Source of the DNA: Alphaproteobacteria bacterium
GTDB taxonomy: Bacteria; Pseudomonadota; Alphaproteobacteria; SHVV01
DNA: 64,000 nt
NCBI GenBank assembly: GCA_965261735.1
Contig: OZ253470.1
Span: 4,576,001 to 4,640,000 of the forward strand
Direction of reading: 5' to 3'
Part shown: positions 42,926 to 53,667 of the stretch, piece after piece
How positions within the stretch are numbered: the stretch's first letter is position 1
How the letters are laid out: every line of letters starts with the position of its first letter
Notes under the pieces: model-generated
The model's input: the letters and a program-made list of their open reading frames with translations, nothing else
Told to the model about the DNA's origin: nothing
The model's database searches: none
Position numbers and translations under genes: made by a program

Positions 42926-43963
42926 CTAGCCGCCGACCGAGATCGAACCGCTGACGATCCCCTTGCGGACCCCTTCGAGTTCGCTTTTCAACGCCGCCGG
43001 AACGGCGCCATCGAAATCGTGCAACGGCGCCAGGTCGACGCCACCGTTCTGCAGCGTTCCGACCAGCAGGCCGCCCTTGAACGTCCCGTCCTTCGCCTGC
43101 TTGATGGCGGTAAGGACCGTGGCATCCATCCTCTTGAGGACCGATGTGAGATAGACGTGACGCTTTTCCGGGTCGGTCAGGTATTGGTCGGCGTCGACAC
43201 CGATGATCTTAAGACGATCGGTGCCGAGCTCATCGGCCAATGCGGCGGAACCGAGCCCGACGGGTCCGGCGACGGGCATCACGATATCGGCGCCCTCGTC
43301 GTAGAGGTTTTGAGCGAACGTGCGCCCGTCGTCGAGGGAGTCGAAGTTGTTGGTGAAGAGGCCCTCGCGCGTTTCCGGGTTCCAACCGAGAACCTTGACG
43401 CTCCCGCCCTTCACCTTGTTGTGGTGAGCCACCCCCCGCGAGAACCCGTCCATGAAGATGGTCACGGGCGGGATGTTGATGCCGCCGAACGTGCCGAGCA
43501 CGCCCGACTTGGTCATGCCGGCCGCGAGATAGCCCGCGAGGAAGGCGGCCTCGTCGGTGGCGAAGATCTGGCCCAGTACGTTGGGCAGCGTCGGGTCATA
43601 GGCGAAATCGACAATCGAGAATTTGCGATCCGGGTTGGCTTTGGCGGCGACCTCGGTGGCCTCGCCGAGCAGGAAACCGACCGTAATAATGATGTCGCAC
43701 TTTTCGTCGATGAAGGCCCCTATGTTCGGCTGGTAGTCCGTCTCGGCTTGAGACTCGAGGTACTTCACCGTGACGCGGAGCTCACGCTCGGCGTCTTTCG
43801 CCCCCTTCCACGCGGTTTCGTTGAAGCTCTTGTCATCGATTCCCCCGGTGTCGGTGACTTGACAGGCTTTGAATTCCTGGGCGACCGCGGAGTTCAGCGG
43901 CAGCCCCGGCATCAGAGCCAGGGCAAAAGCCGAAAGCCCAATCCAAAGCATCCTGTTCTTCAT
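42926..43963 (-). CDS. BMP-family nucleoside-binding protein
   Basis: GGIDDKSFN, AAFLAGY and IIGVDADQ; signal peptide; RBS GAGGGAGG. Confidence 0.92.
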   Translation of the reverse strand: MKNRMLWIGLSAFALALMPGLPLNSAVAQEFKACQVTDTGGIDDKSFNETAWKGAKDAERELRVTVKYLESQAETDYQPNIGAFIDEKCDIIITVGFLLGEATEVAAKANPDRKFSIVDFAYDPTLPNVLGQIFATDEAAFLAGYLAAGMTKSGVLGTFGGINIPPVTIFMDGFSRGVAHHNKVKGGSVKVLGWNPETREGLFTNNFDSLDDGRTFAQNLYDEGADIVMPVAGPVGLGSAALADELGTDRLKIIGVDADQYLTDPEKRHVYLTSVLKRMDATVLTAIKQAKDGTFKGGLLVGTLQNGGVDLAPLHDFDGAVPAALKSELEGVRKGIVSGSISVGG

Positions 43964-44201
43964 CTTGTCCTCCCTCAGGCTATTGTGCAGGGAACTCTTC
44001 ATGATTGGACCGCCCAACGGGGCCGGTCGCCACGACAGCCTCCAACATACCATGTTTCGTGCGCGAGGGAGACGCACCAAGCCTGCCTTCCAGCCTTTGG
44101 CCGTGGGTGCCCGGATCGGCGCTTGCGACCCGCGTGGCGTCGCGTCAGGATATGTTCCTCTCGTACCGCCGTGCGGACGGAGATGCACAAGGAGACGAGC
44201 C

Positions 44202-45065
44202 ATGAGCGCGGCCGGTGACCTGAAAGCCCTGCTCGAGGGCCCCGACATCATCATCATGCCGTCGTGCTACGACGCGCTGTCGGCTAGGTTGATCGCCGAC
44301 GCCGGCTACAGGACGACCTTCATGAGCGGCTTCGCTGTATCGGCGGCGCGTCTCGGTATGCCCGATACCGGCCTCATCTCGTTCGCCGAAATGCGTGACC
44401 AGCTGCAGAACATCTGCCTGGCCGAGCCGCGCCTCTTGGTCGCCGCCGACGGCGACACCGGCTACGGCAACGCCATGAACGTCCAGCGCACGGTGCGCGA
44501 CTATGCGCGCGCAGGCGCCGCCTGCGTCATGATCGAGGATCAGGTCAGCCCGAAGAAATGCGGACACACGCAGGGCAAGGAAGTGATCGGCCGCGGCGAG
44601 GCGCGGATGAAGATTCGCGCTGCCGTGGATGCCGGGCGCGACGCCGACATCCTGATTCTGGCGCGTACCGACGCCCGCGCGGTGCATGGCTTTGAGGATG
44701 CGCTCGAACGCTGCCACATCTTCGCCGAGGAAGGGGCCGACATCATCTTCCTCGAAGCGCCCGACGACGAGCAGGAGATGGCCCGGTTCTGCGACGTGTT
44801 CGAGCAGCCGACGTTGGCCAACATGGTGGTCGGCGGCAAGACGCCGGTCCTGCCGCCGGCGCGGCTGCAGGAGATGGGCTACAAGATCGTGCTCTACCCT
44901 TTGGCGCTCCTTTCGTCGGCGATGTATGCGGCGCGCGAGGCGCTCGCGGCCCTCGGCAACGGCGACGCCGAGGCCCCGGCCCAGCTCACCTTCGAAGAGA
45001 TGAAGGCGCTAGTCGGCTTTCCCGACTACTACGAGAGCGAACTCCGCTACCAAGCCCGCGACTAA
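44202..45065 (+). CDS. isocitrate lyase/PEP mutase family protein
   Basis: YDALSA, DGDTGYG, IEDQVSPKKCGH and ARTDA. Confidence 0.92.
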   Translation: MSAAGDLKALLEGPDIIIMPSCYDALSARLIADAGYRTTFMSGFAVSAARLGMPDTGLISFAEMRDQLQNICLAEPRLLVAADGDTGYGNAMNVQRTVRDYARAGAACVMIEDQVSPKKCGHTQGKEVIGRGEARMKIRAAVDAGRDADILILARTDARAVHGFEDALERCHIFAEEGADIIFLEAPDDEQEMARFCDVFEQPTLANMVVGGKTPVLPPARLQEMGYKIVLYPLALLSSAMYAAREALAALGNGDAEAPAQLTFEEMKALVGFPDYYESELRYQARD

Positions 45066-45100
45066 GACCTGGTCGCCAAGCGGGAGACCGAGGGCGATGC

Positions 45101-45217
45101 CTAGGCGGGCGATGCGGGTATCCACATCAAGACGGCGATGAGGACCGCTGCGAGGATGATGTAAGGCGGCCAGCGCCTGAGCCGGCCGTACCAGATGTTT
45201 CGGTCCTTGTTGGCCAT
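45101..45217 (-). CDS. putative 38-aa single-pass membrane protein
   Basis: MANKDRNIWYGRLRRWPPYIILAAVLIAVLMWIPASPA*; GGGGA upstream; below the ORF-track cutoff. Confidence 0.4.
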   Translation of the reverse strand: MANKDRNIWYGRLRRWPPYIILAAVLIAVLMWIPASPA

Positions 45218-45500
45218 GTTGCCGGTCCCCGGAACGGGCCTCCCGGCCCGAGGGAGGGTGAAGCCGCCGCCACGCCCCAGCGGGCCGCGGGGCAGGGGGC
45301 TCTACCCGCTCGAACCCGCGAGAGCGTCATGCGCTACCTTCTTCGTCCTATGACAAGGCTGGCGCTTTCAGTCGGCCTCGCGCTGTTTGCACTCAGTATG
45401 ACGCCGGCGAATGCCGCCGAGCCGTTGCGCATTCTGAGGTGGCCCCGGAAAATCGGACAGGTTTTTAAGGTGTATTCCGCCGACTGAGGAGGGATACGCG

Positions 45501-45782
45501 ATGAGTAAGAGACGCAGGTTTTCCGGGGAGCTGAAGGCGAAGATCGCGCTTGAGGCGCTTCGTGGCGACCGGACGCTTCAGGAGATCGCCTCGCAGCACC
45601 AGGTTCATCCGAACCAAGTGAGCACATGGAAGCGGCAGGCGATCGATGGTCTTGGCGAAGTGTTTTCGAACGGGGGCGAGCGCCGCCGTCGGGACCATGA
45701 GAGCGAGATCCGTGATCTTCACGCGAAGATCGGCGAGTTGACGGTGGAGCGGGATTTTTTGTCTCGAGGGTCCGGTCGATGA
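45501..45782 (+). CDS. IS3-family transposase OrfA
   Basis: KAKIALEAL, VHPNQVSTWK HTH and KIGELTVERDFL. Confidence 0.93.
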   Translation: MSKRRRFSGELKAKIALEALRGDRTLQEIASQHQVHPNQVSTWKRQAIDGLGEVFSNGGERRRRDHESEIRDLHAKIGELTVERDFLSRGSGR

Positions 45783-46714
45783 GCCGGGCCGAGAGGCGAA
45801 CGATGGTGATACGCGCTCACCCGGCGCTGAGCTTGAGCCGTCAATGCCGTTTGCTGTCGATCGGACGCTCCTCGCTCTATTACACGCCCAAGGGCGAGAG
45901 CCCGGAGACCCTGGCGCTGATGCGGCGCATTGATGAGTTGTTCCTGAAGTATCCGTTCTACGGCGCCCGTCAGATGGTCCGTCATCTACGCCGCGAGGGC
46001 GTGCGCGTCGGTCGTCGCCGGGCCGGTCGTCTGATGCGCCTGATGGGGCTTCAGGCGATCTATCGGGCGCCGCGCACCAGCGATCCGCATCCCGAGCACC
46101 GGGTCTACCCCTATCTGCTCAGAGGCTTGACGATCGAGCGGGCGAACCATGTCTGGTGCGCCGACATCACCTACATCCCGGTGCGGCGCGGCTTTCTTTA
46201 CCTGGTGGCGATCATGGACTGGGCCAACCGGCATGTGCTGGCTTGGCGTCTGTCGAACACCCTGGATGCGGGCTTCTGCACAGACGCGCTCGACGAGGCG
46301 CTGGCCCGCCATGGCACGCCGGAGATCTTCAATACCGACCAGGGCAGCCAGTTCACCGGCTTCGCCTTCACCGGGCGCTTGCGGGAGACCGGCATCCGGA
46401 TCTCGATGGACGGCAGGGGCCGGTGCCTGGACAACATCTTCATTGAGCGGCTGTGGCGCTCGCTCAAATACGAGGCCGTCTATCTGCGCGAGCTCGCCGA
46501 CGGCTTCGAGGCCCGGCGCGTCATCGGCGAGTGGATCGACTTCTACAACACCGAGAGGCCGCACTCGGCGCTCGGGGGGGAAACGCCGGCCGAGGCCTAC
46601 CGCGGCGCCCCGCCTGTGGATATGATGGACAAGCCGCTACGCGCCTTGCCCACATCCCCACAGGCGCAACAACAACGGCAAGGAGATCGATGCAAAGGGA
46701 TTCTGGCGGCATGA
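45779..46714 (+). CDS. IS3-family transposase OrfB (rve integrase core)
   Basis: WCADITY, FNTDQGSQF, DNIFIERLWRSLKYE and YNTERPHSAL. Confidence 0.95.
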   Translation: MSRAERRTMVIRAHPALSLSRQCRLLSIGRSSLYYTPKGESPETLALMRRIDELFLKYPFYGARQMVRHLRREGVRVGRRRAGRLMRLMGLQAIYRAPRTSDPHPEHRVYPYLLRGLTIERANHVWCADITYIPVRRGFLYLVAIMDWANRHVLAWRLSNTLDAGFCTDALDEALARHGTPEIFNTDQGSQFTGFAFTGRLRETGIRISMDGRGRCLDNIFIERLWRSLKYEAVYLRELADGFEARRVIGEWIDFYNTERPHSALGGETPAEAYRGAPPVDMMDKPLRALPTSPQAQQQRQGDRCKGILAA

Positions 46715-47327
46715 ACGACAACTGGAATACACCTTAATCAAGCCGCCAAGCTGTCCGACAAACCGAGGCCACCTCATTCCGCTCATGGATAGCTTTAGTG
46801 GTCAGGGCGCCGACTGGGTCGATCGACTTTGGTCGGGCGCTGTCGTTGGCCAGGCGATGGTCAACAAAGCCGGCGGTATCAAGGGACGCACGCTCGCGCT
46901 TCTACAAGGCGGACGCGCCGTTCGATGACATGCCGCAGGCGGTCAGCATGTTCCGCAAGTTGGCCCGCGATCAAAAAAATCCCATGGTCTTCGATGGCGG
47001 AGCGACCTCCGTCGTTGCCGCGGTGCACGATCTCGCGGCGGAATTCAAGGTCCCCATGTTCGCGTTTACCTCAGGCGGGCGTTGGCGACTGCCGGGCTTC
47101 AATCCATGGGTATTCCGGTCGCTGCCGATGCCCGAGTCGGCGATCCCGGTGCTCTGGGAGAAGGGGCGCGCCAAGTCTAAGCGATCGACGACGAAAAATC
47201 GGTGCCGAACGCCAACGTTTTCAAGGAGTTGGCCCAACGCAGCGGAATCGAAATCGTGGAGCTGCGGTTCAGGTCCAAGGAAACCGACTTCTCGGCCCAA
47301 CTGACTCAGACCGAAGCGGCCAAGGAG

Positions 47328-48152
47328 ACTACGGCGTCTTCACCGTGATGGCGCTCGGCACCTACATCACCCTGTCGGCCCACCAGATTTCGATTGGCCA
47401 CGGTGCCCTCGCCGGCATCGATGCCTATACGACGGCCGTGCCTCAGCGTGAAGTTCGGCATGCCCGTCGTCATCTCGGTGGCCGCGGCCGGGCTCGCCGG
47501 CCTCGCCGGTGGGTTGCTCGTCGCCTACATGATCTCGCTTCGGCTCAAGGGCATGCACCTCGCCATTGGCACGTTCGCCTTCGGCGAGGCGCTGGCGGTG
47601 TTGTGGCTCAACCTCGAATGTGTCGGCGGCGCGCTCGGGTTCCTGCGTATTCCCGTCATTACCGACCTGTAGCTAGTCTACAGCATTATCGCGATCCTTA
47701 CGTTCCTGCTGTGGCGCTTCGAGAAGTCGAACACGGTGCTGGCGTTTCGCTCGGTGTTCGACGACGAGGTCACGGCCGCCTCCCTTGGCGTCAACGTCGC
47801 CCGCGTCAAGATCTTGGCCTGGGCCTTCGGCGGCATGATCACCGGCATCGGCGGCGCGCTCTTCGCCCATCGGTTGGGGGTTATCCGGCCCGACAATTTC
47901 GCGTTCAGGTTCTCCATACTCATTCTGCTCGCGCCCTGCATCGGCGGTTTCCGAGCGTTCTGGGGCACTTACGTCGGCGCCGCCGTGATCGTCTGGGCGC
48001 CGTGGGTTCTCAACGTCACCAATCCCCTCAACAAGCAAATCTTTTTCGGCCTGATCTACGTCCTGCTCATGGTCTGGCGCCCGGAGGGCGTCATCGGGCG
48101 GCAGGGGTTGTGTTGGCCCTGGCGGGCGCGCGCAGCGGACCGCGGCGGGTGA
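47328..48152 (+). pseudogene. branched-chain amino acid ABC permease (LivM-like), degraded
   Basis: ISIGHGALAG, LRLKGMHLAIGTFAFGE and DDEVTAASLGVN; frameshift at ~47440, TAG at 47670-47672, N-terminus missing. Confidence 0.8.
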
Positions 48153-48227
48153 GTCAGGCGGCTCGGCGCAAGCGCCCGCCCGCGAGCGGACGCTGGCCTT
48201 GGGCCGCTAAGCCGATCTTGCTGTCGT

Positions 48228-49865
48228 TTATCGCCGCACGGTCGTTAACAACCCGTCGGCACGATCGCCTACGAGGAGTTCGGGCGCGCGCTCGGCCGGG
48301 TCGCCATATCCGGCGCCACCCGGCGTCTGGATAATGACGCAATCGCCGGGCTCGACGGTGGTGTAGCCCTTCGACAGCATGGGCTTGCCCGATTTGAGGA
48401 AGACGCGGCCTGTCGCTCCCTCGGCCCCACCCGCGAGGGCGCGCGGCGCGTGTTTGAGGCGATCGGTCAGCATCGACACGGTAATCGGGCCCGGCGCCAC
48501 GCTCCTGACCCGCACCTCCTGACCGAAGCCACCGCGCTGACGGCCGGCGTCCGCGGAGCCCGCGCGGTACTCCTTGCACTCGATGATAATCGGCGCCGCT
48601 TGCTCGGCGACCTCGACCGGAACGTTCGTGATGGTTGCGGGAAAGTTGACGGTGCTGATTCCGTCCCTCTCCGCGCGTGCGCCCATCCCACCGGAAAGAA
48701 AGAGGTAGACGACGAAACCCTCACCGGCGGCGTTCCGACCCGAGATAATGGCGATCGCCGACGGCGAGCCGCTTTCGGCAATGACCTCGCCCGGAATCAC
48801 CTCGGCCAGCGCGCCGAAGATCGCCGCCTGCAACAACTGACCATTGATGTGACGGAGCCCCACCGGCGCGGGGAAGCGGCAGTTCAATATGCTGCCCTCG
48901 GGTGCGTTCACGGTGAACGGGCGAAGTGTCCCCGAGTTGTTGGGAACGTTGGGGCCGATGGCGCACTTCAGCGGATAGACGGTGTAGGCCAGGGTGAAGT
49001 TGTGGACGCCGTTCAGCGGATACGGCACTTCTGGCGAGCTGCCGGTGTAATCGACAAGTATTTCGCCGTCGCCGACATGCAACGCGCACTCCAGGCGAAT
49101 CGGCTCCTCGTAGCCGTCGGCAAATACGGTGCCGCGATACACCCCTGGCGGCACTTTGCGAATCGCCTCGCGCATCGCCGCCTCGGAGCGCGCCTTGACG
49201 AACCGGCCGAACTCGCCGAGATCGCGGAGCTCGCCCTCCTCCAGGAGTTCGACGACACTCCGGATTGCCGTGTCGTTTGCCGCCAGCAGGGCGTGAAAGT
49301 CGCCGATCACCTCGGCGGGTACGCGCGTGTTGGCGCGGATGATGTCGTAGAAGGTCTCGTTGGGTCCGCTGGCCGTTTGGATCAAGGTCGGCGGAAAGCG
49401 CAATCCCTCCTCGAACACCTCCCTCGAAGGACCGCCGAACAGCATGCCACCGATATCCGACACGTGCGTGATGCTGCCGGCGAATCCGACGAGCCGGTCG
49501 CTCCAGAACACCGGCTGCACGATGCTCACGTCGGGAAGATGGCCGGCGCCTATCCACGGATCGTTGGTCAGCACGGCGTCGCCCGGCCGCCATGTCTCGA
49601 TGGGGCGCTTGGCAATTATCGCCTTGGTGGTAAGGGGCAGCGTCGCAAGGAACGAGGGGATGCTTTGGCTCGACTGCGCGATCGAGTCACCGTCCACATC
49701 CATCAGCGCAGTCGCGCAATCGTTCGATTCGCGCGTCTGAAACGAGAATGCGGTGCGCCGAAGCGTCGCGCCGGCCTCGTTCATGAGCGCCCGAAGGCGC
49801 GCCCACAGCACTTGAAAAACGAGCGCATCCTCTTCCTCGAACGCCGGCTTCGCGAGCTCGCTCAT
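48228..49865 (-). CDS. hydantoinase/oxoprolinase subunit B
   Basis: RESNDC, TNDPWIGAGHLPD, HVSDIGG and TPGGAGYG. Confidence 0.92.
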   Translation of the reverse strand: MSELAKPAFEEEDALVFQVLWARLRALMNEAGATLRRTAFSFQTRESNDCATALMDVDGDSIAQSSQSIPSFLATLPLTTKAIIAKRPIETWRPGDAVLTNDPWIGAGHLPDVSIVQPVFWSDRLVGFAGSITHVSDIGGMLFGGPSREVFEEGLRFPPTLIQTASGPNETFYDIIRANTRVPAEVIGDFHALLAANDTAIRSVVELLEEGELRDLGEFGRFVKARSEAAMREAIRKVPPGVYRGTVFADGYEEPIRLECALHVGDGEILVDYTGSSPEVPYPLNGVHNFTLAYTVYPLKCAIGPNVPNNSGTLRPFTVNAPEGSILNCRFPAPVGLRHINGQLLQAAIFGALAEVIPGEVIAESGSPSAIAIISGRNAAGEGFVVYLFLSGGMGARAERDGISTVNFPATITNVPVEVAEQAAPIIIECKEYRAGSADAGRQRGGFGQEVRVRSVAPGPITVSMLTDRLKHAPRALAGGAEGATGRVFLKSGKPMLSKGYTTVEPGDCVIIQTPGGAGYGDPAERAPELLVGDRADGLLTTVRR

Positions 49866-51292
49866 GAATCCTCCGTCTGTGGGCGCGCCGGCATCTCGAC
49901 GAGTAGGCTGCCCCATTCGTCCATCGTCACGCGGGCGCCCGGCCCGACCACGAGCGTCGATTCGCGCTCCTCGACGATCGCCGGGCCGGCAAACTTATCG
50001 CCAGGTTTGAGCGCATAGCGATCGTAAACCGGCGACGCCACAAATCGAAGTGCTTCTGGGAAGTAGACGGCTCGTTCGGCCTCGCGTGAGTGACCCGAAC
50101 CGGGCTGCGCGTGCCAGCGCAAATCGACCTTGGGCGCCGGCGCGCTCACCGTCACCCGCCAGGTCAAGGCGTCGACCGGGATGCGCGTAACAACGCGCTG
50201 GAAGAGCTCCTGATAGCGACGGTCGAACGCCTCGCGAAACCGCACTTCGTCGCCCGGCCCGAACCGACCTGGCGGCACCGGTACGGCAATGTCGTGCATC
50301 TGCCCGACATACTGCATGTCGGCGTTGCGCGTGACGGTGGCGGCGCCCTGGGCTACGCCTGCGTCGCGCAGGAACGCGTGGCCCGACGCCTCGAGCGAGT
50401 CGAGCAACTCGTTGAGCGGCTCCCATTCGAGGCGATCGAGACGGGCGACGTACGTCTACGCCGCCTCCGCTGCCACCGGCGCAACCAGGAAGCCCACGGC
50501 CGAGGCGACGCCGGCGTCGGCCGGCGAGATGATCGCGGGCGAGCGTAGGATGCGGGCAATGCCGTAAGCATGCACCGGCCCGGCGCCGCCGAAGCACAGC
50601 AGCGAGTGGCGCGCCGGATCGCGTCCGTGCTCCATCGCATGGATGCGGAAGGCGCTCGCCATCTCCTCGTTGGCGACGCGGTGGATGCCCCACGCCGCCT
50701 GCACGAGGCTGAGGCCCAAAGGGCGCGCGACCTTCTCGTCGATCGCACGCGCGGCCGCGTCACCGTCGAGCTTCATCTCGCCGCCCAGGAAGTAGTCGGG
50801 ATTGAGGTAGCCGAGCACGAGATCGGCGTCCGTTACGGTCGGGTCGAGGCCGCCGCGCCCGTAACAGGCCGGTCCTGGATCCGAGCCGGCACTCCGCGGC
50901 CCGACCTGAAGCTGGCCCAGCCGGTCGATCGAGGCGATCGAGCCACCGCCGGTGCCGATCTCCTCGATCTCGACGCACGGCACTCGCACCGGAAAGCCGC
51001 TGCCGCGCTTGAAGCGCTCGACGCGCGCGACCTCGAACTCGCGGGCAACCGGCACCTGCCCGCCCTGAATGAGCGAGGCCTTTGCCGTGGTACCGCCCAT
51101 GTCGAAAGTGATCAGATCCTCGCGCCCCGTGAGGCCGGCGTAGTGGGCACCGAGCATCACGCCCCCGGCCGGTCCCGACTCGATGAGCCGCGTCGGAAAG
51201 CGCCGCGCCCCCTCGGCGTTGGTCAGCAGCCCGCTCGACAGCATAAGGTGGAACGCGCCGCCCAGGCCGAGGTCGCGCAGGCGGCGTTCTAG

Positions 51293-52939
51293 GAGCGTGC
51301 GCCGCAGAAAGGTCCGCGCGGCAAAGTTGATAGCGGACGGGTTGTGGGTGGATTTGCGCAGGGGGAAGTATGATCCGATACGCCAGTTGCGTGTGGGAAC
51401 TCCCGATGCCGACCACGTTTCGTGCCTACCAGCCGGACCAACCCTTGCTTTTGCCGCCGGACTTGCAGGAGTGGGTTTCCCCAGGGCACCTGGCTCATCA
51501 CGTCAGCGATGTGGTCGATGCACTGGACTTGACGGCGTTCTATGCGCCCTACGAGGGGGACGGTCGACGCAACGCCCCCTACGAGCCGTCGATGATGGTC
51601 AAGGTGCTGATCTATGCCTACGCGACGGGCACATTCTCCTCGCGCGCGGTGGCGAGGAAGCTGGAGGAGGATGTAGCGTTTAGGATGCTCGCGGCGGGCA
51701 ACTTCCCGCAACATCGCACGGTATGTGAGTTCCGACGCCGACATCTGGCGGAGTTCAGCGAGCTGTTTGTGGGGGTGGTGCAGGTGGCGCGCGAGATGGG
51801 ACTGGCGCGGTTCGGCAAGCTCTCGGTCGACGGGACGAAGGTGCGAGCGAACGCGAGCAAGCGCAAGGCGATGAGCTATGAGCGGATGGGCAAAGAGGCG
51901 GCTCGCTTGCAGGCGGAGATCGAGGCGCTGCTGACGACGGCGGGGATGGTGGACGCCGAAGAAGACGAGCGTTGGGGCGAGGATTTCCGGGGCGACGAGT
52001 TGCCCGAGGAGTTGCAACGCAGGGAGAAGCGCCTGGCGGCGATCCAGGCAGCCAAAGCGCGTTTGGAGGCGGCGCAACGCGGGCGCGACGATGAGCGCGG
52101 GCGCGAGCCGGGGCAGGACCGCAATCCCCGGGGCGGGCGGCCTTACAAGCGGGCCTACGGCGAGCCCGAGCCGAAGGCGCAGAGCAATTTCACCGATCCC
52201 GAGAGCCAGATCATGAAGACCAGCAGCGAGGGGTTCCAGCAGTGCTACAACGCGCAGATGGCGGTCGATGGGGAGCACCAGATCATCGTCGCGACTCAGG
52301 TGGGGCCACAGGCCAGCGACCAGGGTCAGCTGGTGGGGATGCTCGACGAGATCAACGAGACGTTTGGGGTCGAGCCTGCGGTGGTACTGGCCGATGCGGG
52401 CTACTGCAACGAGCCGGATCTGTTGGAGCTGGAAGATCGCGGCATCGACGCGCACGTAGCGCTGGGGCGTGAAGGCAAGTCCCAGGTGGCGGTCGACCCG
52501 GCCCGGCTCCCTGCCACGCACCGCATGGGTGAGAAACTGGCGAGCCCCGCGGGCAAAGCCCGGTACGCGCAACGCAAGTGGCTCTCGGAGGCGCCGAACG
52601 GGTGGATCAAGGAGGTGCTCGGATTCCGACGATTCAGCCTGCGAGGCTTGGCGAAGGTGCGCGGCGAGTGGGACCTCGTGTGCTTGGCGTTGAACATCAA
52701 GCGGATGGGGACGGTGGCCACGTGCTGAGGCAGGTGCTGGCCTGCCAACGCACTTGATCCGGGGCGCGCAGTGCCCATCGACCGCGTATGAAACGCGAAT
52801 CTCTTCCCTTCCGGCCTTCCGGTCTGGGATTTCCATCCCAGAGTCGGGCGGGCCAGATATCCACACTCGGGCCAAAATCCCACCTCTCCGGCGGCCGCGC
52901 GCCAATCGCCCAACATCAAAACTTCTACGGCGCACGCTC
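51293..52939 (+). mobile_element. IS1182-family element, 1647 bp
   Basis: TIRs GAGCGTGCGCCGCAGAA / TTCTACGGCGCACGCTC; 4-bp TSD CTAG at 51289-51292 and 52940-52943. Confidence 0.92.
51406..52728 (+). CDS. IS1182-family transposase
   Basis: PYEPSMMVKVLIYAY, DGTKVRANAS, NFTDPES, YNAQ, ADAGY and GFRRFSLRG. Confidence 0.93.
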   Translation: MPTTFRAYQPDQPLLLPPDLQEWVSPGHLAHHVSDVVDALDLTAFYAPYEGDGRRNAPYEPSMMVKVLIYAYATGTFSSRAVARKLEEDVAFRMLAAGNFPQHRTVCEFRRRHLAEFSELFVGVVQVAREMGLARFGKLSVDGTKVRANASKRKAMSYERMGKEAARLQAEIEALLTTAGMVDAEEDERWGEDFRGDELPEELQRREKRLAAIQAAKARLEAAQRGRDDERGREPGQDRNPRGGRPYKRAYGEPEPKAQSNFTDPESQIMKTSSEGFQQCYNAQMAVDGEHQIIVATQVGPQASDQGQLVGMLDEINETFGVEPAVVLADAGYCNEPDLLELEDRGIDAHVALGREGKSQVAVDPARLPATHRMGEKLASPAGKARYAQRKWLSEAPNGWIKEVLGFRRFSLRGLAKVRGEWDLVCLALNIKRMGTVATC

Positions 52940-53667
52940 CTAGGCGCTCGAGATAGCGCTCGACGACCGGCTGCAGGTAAGCGTTGATCACCGTCGTCGA
53001 GGTGCGCTCGTACTCGCGGATCTCGGGCGCGACCTCCGACGATAGGCTGACCGCGACCTCAGGCGCGGCCGCGGCGATGTAGTCGGCGGTTGCGCGCTCG
53101 TGGGCTGGGCTCTTGTAGGCGTGGAGGTAAGCGACCGCGATGCTCTCGACGCCGGCGGCGCGGAGGCTCGTGACCTCATCGGCAAGCTGGCCGAGGTCGA
53201 GCGGCGTCACGACATGGCCATCTCGATCGGTACGCTCATTGACGCCGCGCCGGAGCGGCCGCGCCACCAGCGGCTCGGGCAGCTCGAGCTGCAGATTGTA
53301 GTGGTCGTAGCGAGACTCGCGCCCGATCGCGAGAACGTCGATGAACCCCGCCGTCGTGAGGAGCCCGGTACGCGCCCCCTTGCGCTCGATCACCGCATTG
53401 GTGGCGAGCGTCGTGCCATGGAAGACGACACCGACGTCCTCGGCCCGGATTCCAGCCTCGCCGAGCAAGCGGCGGATGCCCTCGACCACCGCGTCGCCGG
53501 GATCGCCCGGCGTCGTCAGGAACCTTGCCCACGCGGAGCGTGCCGGTCGCCGTGTCCTCGAGGACGAAGTCCGTGAAGGTGCCGCCGATGTCGACGCCCA
53601 AGCGATACTGCACGCCTGCCTCACATCCCAACATAAGACTCGAGTGACCCAAACGTTTCGGGCCGCG

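Larger units (their letters stand above)
45435..46776 (+). mobile_element. IS3-family element, 1342 bp
   Basis: TG...CA ends; TIRs TGAGGTGGCCCCGG..TCGGACAG / CTGTCCGA..CCGAGGCCACCTCA; 3-bp TSD TTC at 45432-45434 and 46777-46779. Confidence 0.93.
45329..47327 (+). pseudogene. branched-chain amino acid-type ABC substrate-binding protein, IS3-interrupted, frameshifted and truncated
   Basis: Signal peptide ...ANAAEPLRI|IS3|PLMDSFSGQGA...VNKAGGIKGR, then broken frames with PWVFRS and ETDFSAQLT. Confidence 0.78.
49862..53613 (-). pseudogene. hydantoinase/oxoprolinase subunit A with three lesions
   Basis: DIGGTFTD start; +1 frameshift at ~53520; IS1182 insertion (removal restores LERLERRLRD); in-frame TAG at 50456-50458. 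Confidence 0.9.
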
